DNA of 64,000 nucleotides from Podarcis erhardii (GCA_964252035.1 OZ176209.1); one strand, 5' to 3'; shown: positions 1 through 13,595, counted from the first letter of the stretch. The notes: generated from the sequence alone by a model not told the origin. A program made the numbers and translations.

Positions 1-135
1 ACATGAATTCCAATTAAATTGAGCCCATTTGCATTTAGATATTTCATAGGGGAAAAAATACTTTCACAACTACCATCTGGCTGCTCATAAATTTAAGATA
101 ATGGGTGCTATGATACAATCTAATGGGAGGTCCTA

Positions 136-402
<267 letters not shown>

Positions 403-689
403 TTAGGTTTGGTTTGTTATACGGTTTCGTAAAAAGTACAGGTTGCTAACAACAATATTTATTTGCTGCAGATTTCAGAGCTTCACATATAGATGTGCAT
501 ATTACTGACAGTGGACATGGCCCCCGGCCGGAGGAGGGGTACGTCAAAACTCCTGCCCTCCACTGGTTCTACTCTCATGAACTCAAATAAGATGAAGTTG
601 GAGCTTTTGTACTGCTTTATTGGTCAGAGTTAATGACATCCCTCGCTGTTACATCACTTTGCTTCACCCTATCCTTTTGGAGACTGGTT

Positions 690-801
690 TGACAGTGAGT
701 ACAGTACCAACACCTCTTTTGTTGTTGTTAGAAAGTGTGGCAATTACTGCAACAACTTCATGGTGAGTAACGGCACATATTTTTCTAGAAAAAAAGCACT
801 G
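690..801. mobile_element. hAT-like MITE fragment (CAGTGCTTTTTT.. terminus family)
   Basis: Ends in TTTTTCTAGAAAAAAAGCACTG. Shares ACAACTTCATGGTGAG with copies at 29798-29935, 21235-21290 and 59635-59756. Left boundary approximate. Confidence 0.55.
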
Positions 802-1123
802 AATCATTCCATTTGGCAGCTTCACCAGCTTCGATTCAGGCTGCACCTGGGATCTGTTGCACCAGCCCTCTGAGTTAAATGGTGTGGGTACACAAGGCAT
901 CTCCTCCACCCTGTCTTTCCTCCTCCTGCTCTTCTCCCATTTTCTCTGTTCTTAGCTAAAGTTAGTCTCACAGGGGGCCTAATTTCCCCTAGTTCCATTT
1001 CAAATGGGAAAGAACCAAGAATCATCCCTGAATGTGACTCCCACAATGGTTTATGGGATACCATGGTATCACATGCATGCTCCAAAAGCATTTTCGAGGA
1101 AGACAGCATGAGGACATGATGTA

Positions 1124-1422
1124 CAGTGGTGCCCCGCAAGACGAATGCCTCGCAAGACGAAAAACCCGCTAGATGAAGGTGCTTCGCAAAACGAATTTCC
1201 TATGGGCTTGCTTCGCAAGACGAAAATGTTTTGCGAGTTCCTGCGGTTTTTTCCCTTCCCCCCCTTTTTCTAAGCCGCTAAGCCGCTAATCCGCTAAAAG
1301 CCGCTAAACCGCTAATAGCGCTAATCCACTAAGCCGTCAATGGGCTTGCTTCGCAAGACGAAAAAACCGCTAGACGAAGAGACTCGCGGAACGGATTAAT
1401 TTCGTCTTGCGAGGCACCACTG
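1124..1422. mobile_element. Tc1/mariner (Tigger-type) MITE
   Basis: TIRs CAGTGGTGCC(C/T)CGCAAGACGAA, TA target duplication at both ends, repeated CGCAAGACGAA motifs and an internal AAGCCGCT-like array. Confidence 0.85.
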
Positions 1423-1492
1423 TATAACAAAATGCTTTCCATATCCCCAATTGACTTGCAGCTGTGACGGGTTCGTAAATTTAAAACCTAAG

Positions 1493-1710
1493 TTACAGAT
1501 AGGTAGCCGTGTTGGTCTGCCATAGTCAAAACAAAACAAATTCCTTCCAGTAGCACCTTAAAGACCAACTAAGTCAGTTCTTGGTATGAGCTTTCGTGTG
1601 CATGCACACTTCATTCAGTGTATCTGAAGAAGTGTGCATGCACACGAAAGCTCATACCAAGAACTGACTTAGTTGGTCTTTAAGGTGCTACTGGAAGGAA
1701 TTTGTTTTGT
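1493..1710. mobile_element. Penelope-like element pseudo-LTR insertion with inverted duplication
   Basis: 13-bp TSD TTTAAAACCTAAG (1480-1492 and 1711-1723). Perfect 85-bp inverted repeat (1528-1612 and 1629-1713). Homologous to 10630-10769 and 34492-34615. Confidence 0.75.
1620..1657 (+). ncRNA. Minimal type I hammerhead ribozyme motif
   Basis: GUAU-CUGAAGA-A-GUGUG CAUG CACAC-GAAAGCUC-AUAC: stem I GUAU/AUAC, catalytic core, stem II, palindromic AGCU stem III. Predicted cleavage after C1653. Confidence 0.75.
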
Positions 1711-2501
1711 TTTAAAACCTAAGCTTTGTCATGTTCTGCCAGTCCCAGCTCACCCCCCCATTCAGTTTAATGGAACCTTTGTCACCAGAATCTCCCTTTC
1801 CTGGGATCACACTATTAGTCTACTTATATGGCTTTGGGGGTGGGACTATTTCCTCCCTTAACTGAGCAGTGAAACCATTTGCTGTCATTATATCAACAAG
1901 TACTTTTGGACTACTTGGGATTGTCTATTAGCTGTGCCATGATAAGGCCAATTCCTCAACTTTGCTGGCTGAAAAATCTGATGGTACCACGAGTGTGCCA
2001 ATTCTGACAAATAATGCAACAGTCTGTCTTTATTATTCTGCACTAAGTGACACCGTACTATTTATAATGCTGCCACATTTGATGCTGAAAAGCAATTGCT
2101 ATTGAAAATCAAGTCTCTCTCGCTCACTCACTCTCTGTCTCTCAACATGTAATTTGCATCTTTTGTGAAAGCACTTCATAACCCTGATGTTGCTGTAGCT
2201 ACTCAGAGCAATTAAAGGGAAGTGTGGTTCCAGGTAAGCTACAACACAATAAAAACACAAGTGAATTACAAAGGGCCATTATTACCCACGTGTTTTAAAA
2301 AAGAGTTACTGGTATACTGTCCCAATTTCTCCAACTGGTTAGTTTCAGGGATAACACAATAAGGATTTATTTGCCTTTGGAAGAGCACACCCTCGAGACA
2401 TACCCATCGGTGCTATATTTATTTACAAATATGCAAGGAGAGCCTAGCAGGTGCAAGCGCACCTCTATAAACATGCAGCACAGTCTGTCTACCCTGCTGA
2501 T

Positions 2502-2814
2502 CAGGGTCGCCATGTTGGGGGGCAGGGGACTGAGGGACCCCCAAAATTTTCAAGGAGGGAGCCTAGCCCCCTCAAAATTCCATGGCAATTGTGCACGCAC
2601 GCCACACAATGTGCTTCCCTCTCTCGTGCATGCCCCGTGACATGCTCCTGCCTTAAGCACAAGCCGCGCAGTGTGCACATGATGTGCCAGCACATCACGC
2701 AGTGTCCATGAGTGACATCAGCATGCCCCGCAGCATGTGCGCATGACATCGGCACAGCACGCACAGAGCATGCTGCCTCGGCCCCCTCAATTGCAGGGGC
2801 AAGCAGCACACTTG
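2502..2814. mobile_element. Diverged hAT-like MITE
   Basis: Flanked by CTGCTGAT/CTGCTGAG (7 of 8 bp TSD), CA..TG ends, GC-rich CACGTG-like interior. Confidence 0.5.
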
Positions 2815-4623
2815 CTGCTGAGAGACCAACCGCATTTCAGCCTGAGTGCTACATTAACTGGGTGGTAACCCCAGCAGCAGGTGGGGTCAAAAACCTCACA
2901 CAATGCCCTTAGTAGACAAACACAATTGAGCACAAAGTGCTCACACTCTTGGCAAAACTTTTGCACATAACATACAGAAGTGCCCATTTCAAAGCATTTG
3001 TGCATTTAATTGGGAAGCACAAAATAGGTAGGTCGTCATTCAATTTCTCTCCCATCCCTACATCTGGGACCTTAAGTAGCTTTTGACAATCTTTGCATGC
3101 ATTTGGATTCATTTGTTTCAAGGGATCATTTCTGGAAATGGAAGCTGCAGGTGTGAGAGGTCTGATCTACACTGGGCCCACAATGGGGAGCAAAGGGCTA
3201 AAGGCTCCCCACCTCTCAATCTACATGGTCATAGTCAGGGTTTTTGTTGGGAGGGGGCAGGCTTTTGTTAGGGAGGCAGAACCGCAGATTTGTATTGGTT
3301 TTTATTGATTTAGGGGATGCCCCCCCCCTGCCTATGCCCATGCCAATCTAGAATTGAACTTTGCGATCAGCTGTTTCCTCCTTCTAGCCAGTGCAGAACT
3401 TGAAGAAGAGGGGGAAAGACCTGGTAAAATAAAAAAGACCCCACAGGCCATAAGTTCCCCATCAGGAACTGGTGCTTGAGTTGTCACCCCTCCTTCCTTT
3501 TTCCCTTTTCTATTGTTTTTGTTAGATTGTAAACCTAAGGGCAGGGACTGTTTTGTATGCTATTGATCTCATATAAGCCACAAAGTAAAAATGATTTAAA
3601 TAAACAATCAAACCAAGTGAAACTGTTTAAAGTAACTTTGATGTACTTAAATTGGCATAGCCCCGTACATTTCAAAGTATATATTTTCTGATCTTCTACA
3701 AGAACCAATACTTCCCCGCCCACTTTGCTAAATAAAGAATTCTAGGCCGACACAGTGTGCAAGATCTATATTGGTATGTTGAACATGTTACCATCGCTCT
3801 AAGCCCCCCACCCACCCACCCAGTGTCATAACATAACATCCAACGACTGTTTAGGCACACATCATTTGGGGCCAAGATATCTGGAGCTGATGACCTTATT
3901 GCTCAGGAACCGCCCCCCCAAACACAACAGTTGCAAGAAGGTCAGGCGGAGTTTTCCAAGCCTGAGGGGTTACTTTGTCTTCAAATACTTCCTTTCCCCC
4001 CTGACACTTGGAATTTGCTTGTTTGAGATGTACTCCCAACTAGTTTGAATTATATGCTCAATTTGCTGACACCATGACAATCTCTGGGCTCTCTGTGTGG
4101 CAGATGGGAAGCTGAAAGCCATCCACATGGGAGAGCTGTATAATTTATACGCCTTTTGTTTCTGAGTTGTTTCTAAGGCAGTCAGAATGTGGGAGTGGAG
4201 GATGCAATCCTTCAGACAGGAAATATGCCAATTCCCAGCCAGCACACGATAAACTAAAAGGGTGGAGGAAAAGAGGGTTTACAACCAACCTCCAGACATT
4301 CTTCTTGTTTATGCAAGATGAAGAAACTGTGCATAGGGCTTCTGAAAGCAGGTAGAGGGTGCAACCACAAAGAATCTCACAGGGAGCCAACAGGAAATTT
4401 AGATGTTAAGTCTCTTGGTGGCCTTAAGGCAAGCCACTTTTTCTCTCCCCATCAGCTCCACATCAGCAATAGGGCTGTGCTGAGGATTAATGATATGATA
4501 GATGTGGAGTACTTAGAATGCTTGAGACAAACTGCATAAATGGCTATTGTTGCAATTAGTATGATTTTTCCAACAAAATAGATATAGTTAACTGATAAGC
4601 ACAAGGTACTTGAAAATTTAATA

Positions 4624-4850
4624 CAGTAGTACCTCGGATTAGGTACTTAATTCGTACTGGAGGTCTGTTCTTAACCTGAAACTATTCTTAACCTGAAGCA
4701 CCACTTTAGCTAATGGGGTCCTCCTGCTGCTGCCACACCGCCAGAGCACGATTTCTGTTCTCATCCTGAAGCAAAGTTCTTAACCCGAGGTACTATTTTT
4801 GGGTTAGCGGACTCTGTAACCTGAAGCGTATGTAACCTGAGGTACCACTG
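4624..4850. mobile_element. Tigger-type MITE
   Basis: TIRs CAGTAGTACCTC / GAGGTACCACTG, TA TSDs, repeated TAACCTGA motifs. Confidence 0.85.
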
Positions 4851-5224
4851 TAATTAGAAATTGGTGCAGCAGTTGCATTAAAAATCACACTTAAACATAA
4901 GTGAATGCTGAAAAGAAGGGGATCAAGACTGGTGCACATTGCTAGATAGACCATCCTGGACTCACTGGGATTTTGTCCTATAGTATTAATATTTCAGCTT
5001 GAATGAGAAACACAGCCAAACGTGGACAGGGCTGGGTGTCAAACTACCTTGGCAAAAAAGCAGTTTCTTCCTCTGATTAGCTCCCTTGGTGAGTAGCCAC
5101 AGCTGTGAACAGAAGAGTGTGAATCCGAAGTTATGATTTATCTCTGTAGATCATGGCATAAGTAAGAAGACTGGCAAGACTTAACATGACATGAGAGTCT
5201 TCATCTTGAACATTGCTTGATACC

Positions 5225-5682
5225 AACCTCATCTCAATCAACGTCAGTGGACTGGTGGATGCCTGATTATTGTCTTCCAAAGCAACTACTCTATTCCAAA
5301 CTTAAAAATGGAAAGCATAATGCTGGAGGTAAACAAAAGAGGTTCAAAGACTCTCTCAAGGCAAATCTTGAAAAATGTAATATAAACACCAACAAATGGG
5401 AAACACCGGCCTGCGAGAGCTCCAATTGGAGAACAGCCTTTACCAAAAGTGTCATGGGTTTTGAAGACACTCAAACTCAGGACGAAAAGGAGAAACACAC
5501 TAAGAGGAAGGCACGCTTGGCAAACCCTCTCCATGGTCAACTCCCACCCAGAAACCTATGTCCCCACTGTGGAAGAACATGTGGATCCAGAATTGGCCTC
5601 CACAGTCACTTATGGACTCACTGTTAAAACTGTGTTTATGGAAGACAATCTCCCTCAGCTAGGAGTGATCGCCAAAGAAAAA
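5225..5682 (+). mobile_element. RTE-clade LINE 3' fragment
   Basis: Translates MPDYCLPKQLLYSKLKNGK...KRFKDSLKANL...CPHCGRTCGSRIGLHSHLWTH (RTE C-terminus with C2H2 motif), followed by a short AAG-rich tail. Boundaries approximate. Confidence 0.8.
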
Positions 5683-8600
5683 GACAGGATACTCAACTCC
5701 TCAATGGGAGCCATCCACAAAGGTACTTTGCAGGCAGAGAGCAAACAAAGAGACGGCCAGGTTCAGTTAAAGGCTCACTATCACCATCTCTCACTTTTTT
5801 GTTAAGCAAAACACACAGAGTGAGAAGCAAGCAGGATGACCAGTTTTCGGTCATTTTCTCACTAGAATGGGCAATGGTGAGAAAGGGGCAGGACTTGTTC
5901 ATTTCAAAGCCTCTCTCTGCCCTATTAGGAAGAATATTATTGCAAAAAGCCAGACAGGCAATTGGCTCTGCTAGTAGGCAGTTAGCTCTTCCAGCTCCAA
6001 CAGGACAGGATTTACCCAGCACTCCCCAGGAATCAGCACCCTTCTGCTTTGCTTTAAGGACAAGTATACTGCTTTGGAAACTGTTAAGACACTTTGTCAA
6101 TCTTTAGATCAAGGTGAGTATGTACTGCAGAATTTTTCTGTCTGAAGCCGCATTGATATATCCTGTAACTTAGATATTGTATAATAAACCAAGCTTCTTT
6201 ATTCCTCCAAGTGAGAGCTTCTTGTAAAATGATTACTCATAGACAAGCACACATTGTACCTCCAGCAAGAGTCTAAACCTCTCAGCAGTGTGTCTATATA
6301 CACGAGTGATGGCTGTGTACTTGTGAGTCCAGGTACATACTTGTAACCTAGTAGGGAATCAGGGAATCACAAGTCAAAGCCTCAATACATGTGACATACT
6401 GCTTATGCCCTCTCAAGTATCATGTTATCCACCATGTTAAAATAATTGCTTTGACTGTGACCTTCCAGTGTCTGAAAAGTGGCTTTCATCCACAGACCAT
6501 GGGGAAAAGCACAGAGCCTAGTTTTACTGAAATACAACCATCTGTATTGGTTTTGAAAATATGAGTAATGCTGCTGGACAAATGAGTTCAGCAAACTGCC
6601 CTGCATTCGTGCAACAAATACAATTTACTTTGTGGTCTTTGTACAGGAAATTGTGTCTTACTATCTTTTTGAAGTGACTGCTTACACACTCATTTACTTA
6701 TGCAAATGTATTAGCTACCTCTGAACATTTGCTATGTCTCTCATGTGAATATTGTTAGTGATTATTAAAAAATGAGATGCATATTTGTTTTTGGGGGGTG
6801 CCTTTCTTAGCAGGCATGGCTCTATGCAGCAGAGAGATGTCAAAGGATAGAACACAGGAAAAATATGGTAGAGCTTCTCAAGGAGTTTATGCATAAGCTC
6901 TTCTTTGCATAATACATATATTTTTGTTTGTGCACAGGCCACACATTTCCCCATCAAAACTGATTCAGACAGCTGGTAGCATCACTGCTCCTGCAATTGT
7001 GTAGGGGCACTGCTGGGTTCATAAAATGCTACAGTGAGATATGCAGACCCCCCCCTTTTGAATCTGTAACTCACGGTCAATGCGTAGGATAAAATACACA
7101 GCCCTCATTATTTCTGTGTTGTGACTGCTTAAGAAGGGGGACAGCTCCAGTAGCACAGCTCCAACAAATTGAATTGATTTGGAAGCATATTGTCAACCAG
7201 TGCAGATATTTAAGGACTGGTTTAATATGAGCCTGGCCAATGGTGCCCATTAGCACTTTGTGTTCTGCATTAGCTGAAGCCTCCAAACAGTCTTCAAGGG
7301 TAGTCCTACATTGAGACACAGTACTAGTCCAATCTGGTGGTTGCAAGAGCATGGACCGTAGTAGCCAGACTACCCCTATCCAGAAAGGCCCAAAGCTGGT
7401 GAACCAGCCATTACTAGATCACTTGATCTAAAGAATGACCTAGGTGTCAAGTGGCAATACTGGATCAAGGAATAACATCAAGCTATGTAGTGCCCCCCCC
7501 CCCCCGGGAGTGCAACACCATCTAGAACCAGTCATCTATGCATTTCTCAGACTTGAGAGACTGCAACACACAATATCTCTATGTTGTCTGGATTCAGTTT
7601 CGATTTAGTGGCTCACATCTAGACCATTACTACCTTCAGGCAACAGCCCAGCACCAGAACTGATGGCACTTCAGTCCAATTCCCTTAAGCAAGCAGAGCA
7701 CATTGTGCAGAAGCCTAAAATAAGGTTGGAGCATGCTTTTTGACTGATCATATGGAGAGGCCTTCAGTGTCATTTCCAAGCACAGAAAAATAAACTATTA
7801 AAGTGAAGAAAAGCCTTAGTAAAAGATACATCTTTATTGTTCAATTTATAGCAAGAAGGACTGCAAGGAAATCTCCTCAGTATATGATGCTCTTTGGTTT
7901 TCCTGGACACGTATCTGGAGTGAATGCATGTTCTGCAGTTGAAACAGCTTGTTACTGACAGATGTATGCAAGGCTTATCATGCCTTAATATAGCCAGAGG
8001 GCTCCTGCAGAATTAGATTGCTAATCTTTAATAAACATCAGATTCAACCTTAGGATGACCTTGAATACACCTTGCCATAGCAAACCTCAACAATATTTAA
8101 TGAGCTTTTTTTGCTTGCTTTGCTACTTTATATAGGGATAATATTGCCATAAGCAATAAAACTGCTTGAGAACTTCTACTCATCTCTGTCAGGAGAACAT
8201 AAAACAGAGGTATTCTGCATTTGTCTTGTTCTTCTAAACTCCCAGATGGCACAAACAGTGAACATTATTTTCAAGGAAACTGACGTTACATGCATTACAA
8301 GGCAGGAAGCTCCAAGGGTTTATGATACTTGCTCTGAGTAAGAGAGTAAAACACAACACCATAAAAGTTTAGAAATCCTTCCCTAGCTGAGAGTTACAAT
8401 GAAAAAGGGAGGGGGCTACACTGGGGCTGAAATTACATGATGTGCATGTAATGGATACAGATACACCATCACAGTTCAAATAAATGTCCCCATGACATCC
8501 TGTCCCAGGCAGCCCCCCAAACAATGAAAACAAGTGTGTTGATAGTCATTGCATGTAGGAACTGGGTCTTAGAGAGCAATATGCTGGGACCGTATTGTGT

Positions 8601-8737
8601 AATGACATATACATATACTCCTCATTTTCAGCTTGACTTCGATACGCCCAGTTATTCTTAGGGGCATAATAAAATACTCAGAGAAGCAAAAATCAATAGC
8701 CTGTATTCAGATGCCTGCATCTGAAATATTTTCAAAA

Positions 8738-8893
8738 GGACTGTAGCTCAGGAGCAGAGCACATACTTTGTATGCAAGAGGTCCCATGCTTGGCATCTCT
8801 ACAAAGAGCTGGGGAAAACTCGTGACTGAATCCCTAAGAAGCATGCACAGTCCTCAGCTAGCTGGACCAATGGTCCTAATTTGGTATAACAGT
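8738..8893 (+). mobile_element. Degenerate tRNA-derived SINE
   Basis: A-box-like TAGCTCAGGAGCAGAGCA head, then TGCAAGAGGTCCC, with a body ending GGACCAATGGTC..GTATAA. Related fragment at about 26765-26830. Confidence 0.5.
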
Positions 8894-8953
8894 TCTTTCT
8901 TTCTTAAGATTTATATGCCTCTTGATTGGAGATAAAACCTCAATGCAGATACC

Positions 8954-8980
8954 AAATAAATAAATAAATAAATAAATAAA
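8954..8980. repeat. (AAAT)n microsatellite
   Basis: Direct observation. Confidence 0.9.
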
Positions 8981-9087
8981 ACAATAAAATTTTCATTAAA
9001 CATTTTGCAAACATAATTAAAAACATACAGAAACATACTGCAATAAAATAGGCTAAAACAAATTCAAACTTCTACAACCTTTGAGTA

Positions 9088-9471
9088 AGGTAAAGGTAAA
9101 GGACCCCTGACTTAAGTCCAGTTGTGAACGGCTCTGGGATTGCAGTGTTCTGGGATTGCAGTGCTCATCTCGCTTTACGGGCCGAGGGAGCTGCCGTTTG
9201 TACGCAGACAGTTTTTCTAGGTCATGTGGACAGCATGACTAAGCCGCTTCTGGTGACACCAGAGCAGCGCAGGGAAACACCATTTACCTTCCCGCCGGAG
9301 CAATACCTATTTATCTACTTGCACTTTGACGTCCTTTTGAACTGCTAGGTTGGCAGGAGCAGGGACTGAGCAACGGGAGCTCACCCCGTCGCGGGGATTC
9401 GAACCAACGACCTTCTGATTGGCAAGCCCTAGGCTCAGTGGTTTAGACCACAGCGCCACCCGCGCCAGTCC
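9088..9471 (+). mobile_element. Sauria (Squam1) SINE, full length
   Basis: GGTAAAGGTAAAGG-ACCCCTG head, typical body, 14-bp TSD ACAACCTTTGAGTA (9074-9087 and 9472-9485). Internal 15-bp tandem duplication at 9133-9163. Confidence 0.9.
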
Positions 9472-10629
9472 ACAACCTTTGAGTAGCCGTGTCTAAATAA
9501 GAATTTCTTCAGCAGGCACCAAAAGGAATACAGTGAAGATGCCTGCCTGAAGTCAACAGGCTGGGTGTTTGAAAGTGTTGGTGCTGCCACACTAAACACT
9601 GAACCAGTTTGAAGTCCATATTGTGATATTGGTTTCATAATTTTTGACCTGGCAATATATTGTGAATCATGATGTGTGTGTTCGTGTGTGTGCTATGCAA
9701 AAATCACAATGTGGGGAAAACCGTGAAGCCAGCCAATGCTTCTCTTGGTTCCTGCAGCCCCTATTGACTCTGCCAGCTCAGCTCTCGCCTGCCTCATGCA
9801 GGGGGCAGCAAAGCACAAGAGCAGGTACTGGCAAAAAACACAATGCAGGAAAAACCACAAGCCAGCCATCCTTATTTCAGACATCATGATATATTAATAT
9901 ATTGCAATGTTTAGCTAGTGATACATCATGAAGTTCAAAACCACATATCACCCAGCCCTAGTCTCCACCACTTCCCCCCAAAGGCGGCCTTGGCAACTGT
10001 CCAATAGCAGTTCCAATCCAAAAGGTCTAAAACAGGCTTCTTTAGGAGCAGTCGCTTCCTATGCTTATTTGTTTGCTAAGAATCTTGTCATCTGCCATGG
10101 ATGCTTTAAGTGAGAATCCTGCATGGCAGTGGGTTGCACTAGATGACCCTCAGGATCCCTTCCAGCCCTACAATTCTCCGCTTCTATATTGTACCAATCT
10201 GCAACTGGAGCAGACTGGCATGGATTAGCTTTGCTCCACTTCAGGCAGCAAGGGTGATATCCTCATATCCTCAATGCAAGTCAGTGCCAGAACTGATCTG
10301 CTGGGCATTTTCATGACCATATAGCACAGGTTTGATCCAATAGTGCCCTTTGAAATGTGGAGGACATGTGAAATACTGTTTTATACCTTGCACTGAAATA
10401 CATGAAAACAGTGGAACTGAAAGACGAGAACTTCTGTAATACATACATAAAGGACCTTCACAAACTGAACACCTCTGTTAGTGTGGAATGCTAGTAGTGA
10501 TTTGCTTTCCATTCATGATTTTTAGATCAAACACCATGACTTTCAGGCTAGCAATCAAAGTGTTAATTGAGTCATCTTTGTGCTGTTGGCAAACTCCCAA
10601 TTCCACCTACAATGAATCTACTTTCAAGA

Positions 10630-10769
10630 TACAGATAGGTAGCCGTGTTGGTCTGTCATGGTCAAAACAAAATAAAAAAATTCCTTCCAGTAGCACCTTA
10701 AAGACCAACTGAGTTAGTTCTAGGTATGAGCTTTCGTGTGCATGCACACTTCTTCAGATACACAGAGTA
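10630..10769 (-). mobile_element. Penelope-like pseudo-LTR unit, uninverted copy
   Basis: 12-bp TSD CTACTTTCAAGA (10618-10629 and 10770-10781). Contiguous version of the sequence that is rearranged at 1493 and 34492. Confidence 0.75.
10724..10761 (-). ncRNA. Minimal type I hammerhead ribozyme motif, sense to the MAGI2 pre-mRNA
   Basis: Reverse complement reads GUAUCUGAAGAAGUGUGCAUGCACACGAAAGCUCAUAC, identical to the 1620-1657 motif. Confidence 0.75.
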
Positions 10770-12238
10770 CTACTTTCAAGAGTACTCCTGACCGAAGATT
10801 AAACCCATCTACAAAGGAGCTCATTCTTAGCTCTGTTCCTAACCCATAAAACATCTTTATTCCATTATCTTTGCCAAGAAGGCTTTTCAAGATGTTAATA
10901 TATAATATTCACAGGGTAAAGAACATTAATAGTAAGAGGTGCGAAGTGAATTCATTGAGTTAAATCAAGCATTGAAGATTACTGTCACGTGTGTACATGT
11001 ATGTGGGTATGTATTTGTAACAGTATGCTTGTATATAGGAATGAAATGAATACAGCTTTGTACATTGCAGAATAACACTAAAAATGTGCTCTACATAGTT
11101 TTGGGGTAATTGTGTGATTTTCAGTATTTAAGAGCAACAGAGGAGGCTTGGCGTTTAAATGCTTGTGACTCCTCAGTTAAAGATGAAAAGAAGAGAAGTG
11201 ATGTTTGGTAGAAATTCAATCTGCAAATTGCCATTTCAAAAGAAAGTATAATGCAAGTGATTCAGAGAAGCTAATAGCAACCATCTGTAAAAGACAGAGC
11301 TTCCTTTAATTGAATTTACAGGTGCCCCAAAATCCTTTCATAAAGTGCCCCCCTCTAGGGTCCTTTTTCAGTAATATATTTTAAAAGCATTACAGAAAAG
11401 TTGGATATTAGAGATTGCAAGAGACAGACAGGAAAGAGGTTTCTTTGTTCTCTACAGGAAAAACAGAGACATGCTGCACTGCAATGAAGGCTGGGAGGCA
11501 ACAGTGGCCCCAGCGCTGTCCAAAATGTAGGGTAAGAAGCAGCTTAGAAGGAACTCAAGGCATGAGTTACTACTACTACTACTAATAATAATAATAACTA
11601 TTATTTTATTATTATATATATGCCAGCCATCTGACTGGGTTGCCAATGGTTAAAATGTTTTGAAATAGTCAGGTTTCTTTTTTATATAAAAAGGGGTGTG
11701 GTATGGTTGTTGCCTTCTGGTATGCACAATGTGGCCTAAATGACCTAGCCCATTGATTTAAACTAAGTAGATGCTTTCTATCTCCTTGAAATCAACAGTA
11801 GTCCTTTAGGGACATGATGCCAAACTGTACTTAATCATTCTCCAGTGTGCTGTTCAAGCAAGTTAGCACCTAACTGTAGTTTATGATATCCTGGCTCATT
11901 ACAAACCATAGCTTAAATCAACCAAAATTCCTCCGAGCTTAGACATCATACTGGGGAATTCTCTTTAGCATACCCCCCAACATTTCTCAGATGAAAATAG
12001 GGACATCCTATTCCACATCAGGAAGCCTCTCCTGCGTTTGATCTCACCACACACAGAGACATCATAAACATCAGTCACCGTGAAGCAACTACAACCTCTT
12101 CGCTGAACCTACCTCTCAGGATTGTTGTAAAGAAAAAAATATGTGACGGAAGGGATCGTGCACAACACCTTCCACAGATAAATGGAATGAAATAAAAATT
12201 TAGCTGGAAGCTGCCTTGAGTCCCTATCGGGGGAAAAG

Positions 12239-12240
12239 GA

Positions 12241-12288
<48 letters not shown>

Positions 12289-12290
12289 AA
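12239..12290. repeat. (AAAG)n microsatellite
   Basis: Direct observation. Confidence 0.95.
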
Positions 12291-13345
12291 AAGAGCTGGT
12301 TGTTGATTATCTTTGCATTCAGTAAAGAGGCAAATGAATTATGGAATTACATCACATGGTTTCATTACTAAAATATGCCAAGATCAACATCTATAAATAC
12401 CTGCATCTATACTACAAAATAATTATTTAGAAGTCTGTTAGACTTCTAGTACATGCTCAAAACTTCAATGTGGCATACAAAACTAAATGAAATGTTAAGA
12501 CTTATTTTAATGAGCTTATACAGCCTTGACTATATAAAAATAATACTTGAAACCAACTACACTTAATATTCATGTTTGCTCTCTTCTTAAAATTTATTGT
12601 GCTTTATAATATCACAAATTAGAGATTAAAGGGTTTAATTAATTTTAACTCCAGTGAGAAAATATTTAGATAAAATTGTAGCTGCAAAGGAATTCAATCA
12701 TGTCTACTCCCCTCCTTCAAGAAAACAACACATTTGTGTGTCAAGAGTTCTCATAATTCTTGCAGAACTAAAAGCTCTCTTTAGAAGTTGAGCACTTTAC
12801 CTCAACTTCTAAAGGAAGTGTGTCTTTTGTGACTTTGCATGTTCCTGATAACATAGGGAGCTCCTGATCTCAGTGTGTGGATTCTAGGATAACCTGTGGC
12901 AGTTTGATACATTATCCATTCAGTTAAGCTGAATATGTTCTTAGCACTGAAGAATGTTTAAAGGACAAATGCAGCATTTGCAAAACAAGCTAATAATAAA
13001 AAAGGGATATTGCTCATTGAGAGCAGTGTACAACTTCTGCCATGTAGCAATGTGCATGTACAAACAACAAATAATCTATACTGAAAATGTATTGGTGTCA
13101 TATTTGTTATGCTCATCCCAACCCAACTAGACATTTCTGTTTAAACCATGAGTTTTATGTTGTTATGCAGTGTGGCAGCAGAGTACAAGTCCAACATTTT
13201 CTTCTTCTGAGAGACACTAAGCTGCTCTGCATTCATAGGATTTCTTTGTCCTTTGGCTTGGTCTCCCCAGTCACCTTCTTTGGCAAGGACAAAACAAAAG
13301 GCAAAGTGTGAGAACCAGGAACCAGGGCAAAAGCATACTCTAGCT

Positions 13346-13595
13346 TATGGGTAGGCAAACTAAGGCCCGGGGGGCGGATGCCGCCCAATCGCCTTCTCAA
13401 TCTGGCTTGTGGATGGTCTGAGAATCAGTGTGTTTTTACATGAGTAGAATGTGTCCTTTTATTTAAAATGCATCTCTGAGTTATTTGTTGGCCATAGGAA
13501 TTCATTCATTTTTTTCTTCAAAATATTGTCCGGCCCCCCACAAGGTCTGAGGCACAGTGGACCCTCTCCCTGCGGAAAAAGTTTGCTGACCCCTG
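13346..13595. mobile_element. hAT-Charlie-like MITE
   Basis: (C/T)ATGGGTAGGCAAACT ... AGTTTGCTGACCCCTG ends, left target CTCTAGCT resembling NTCTAGAN. Second copy at 23173-23599. Confidence 0.75.
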
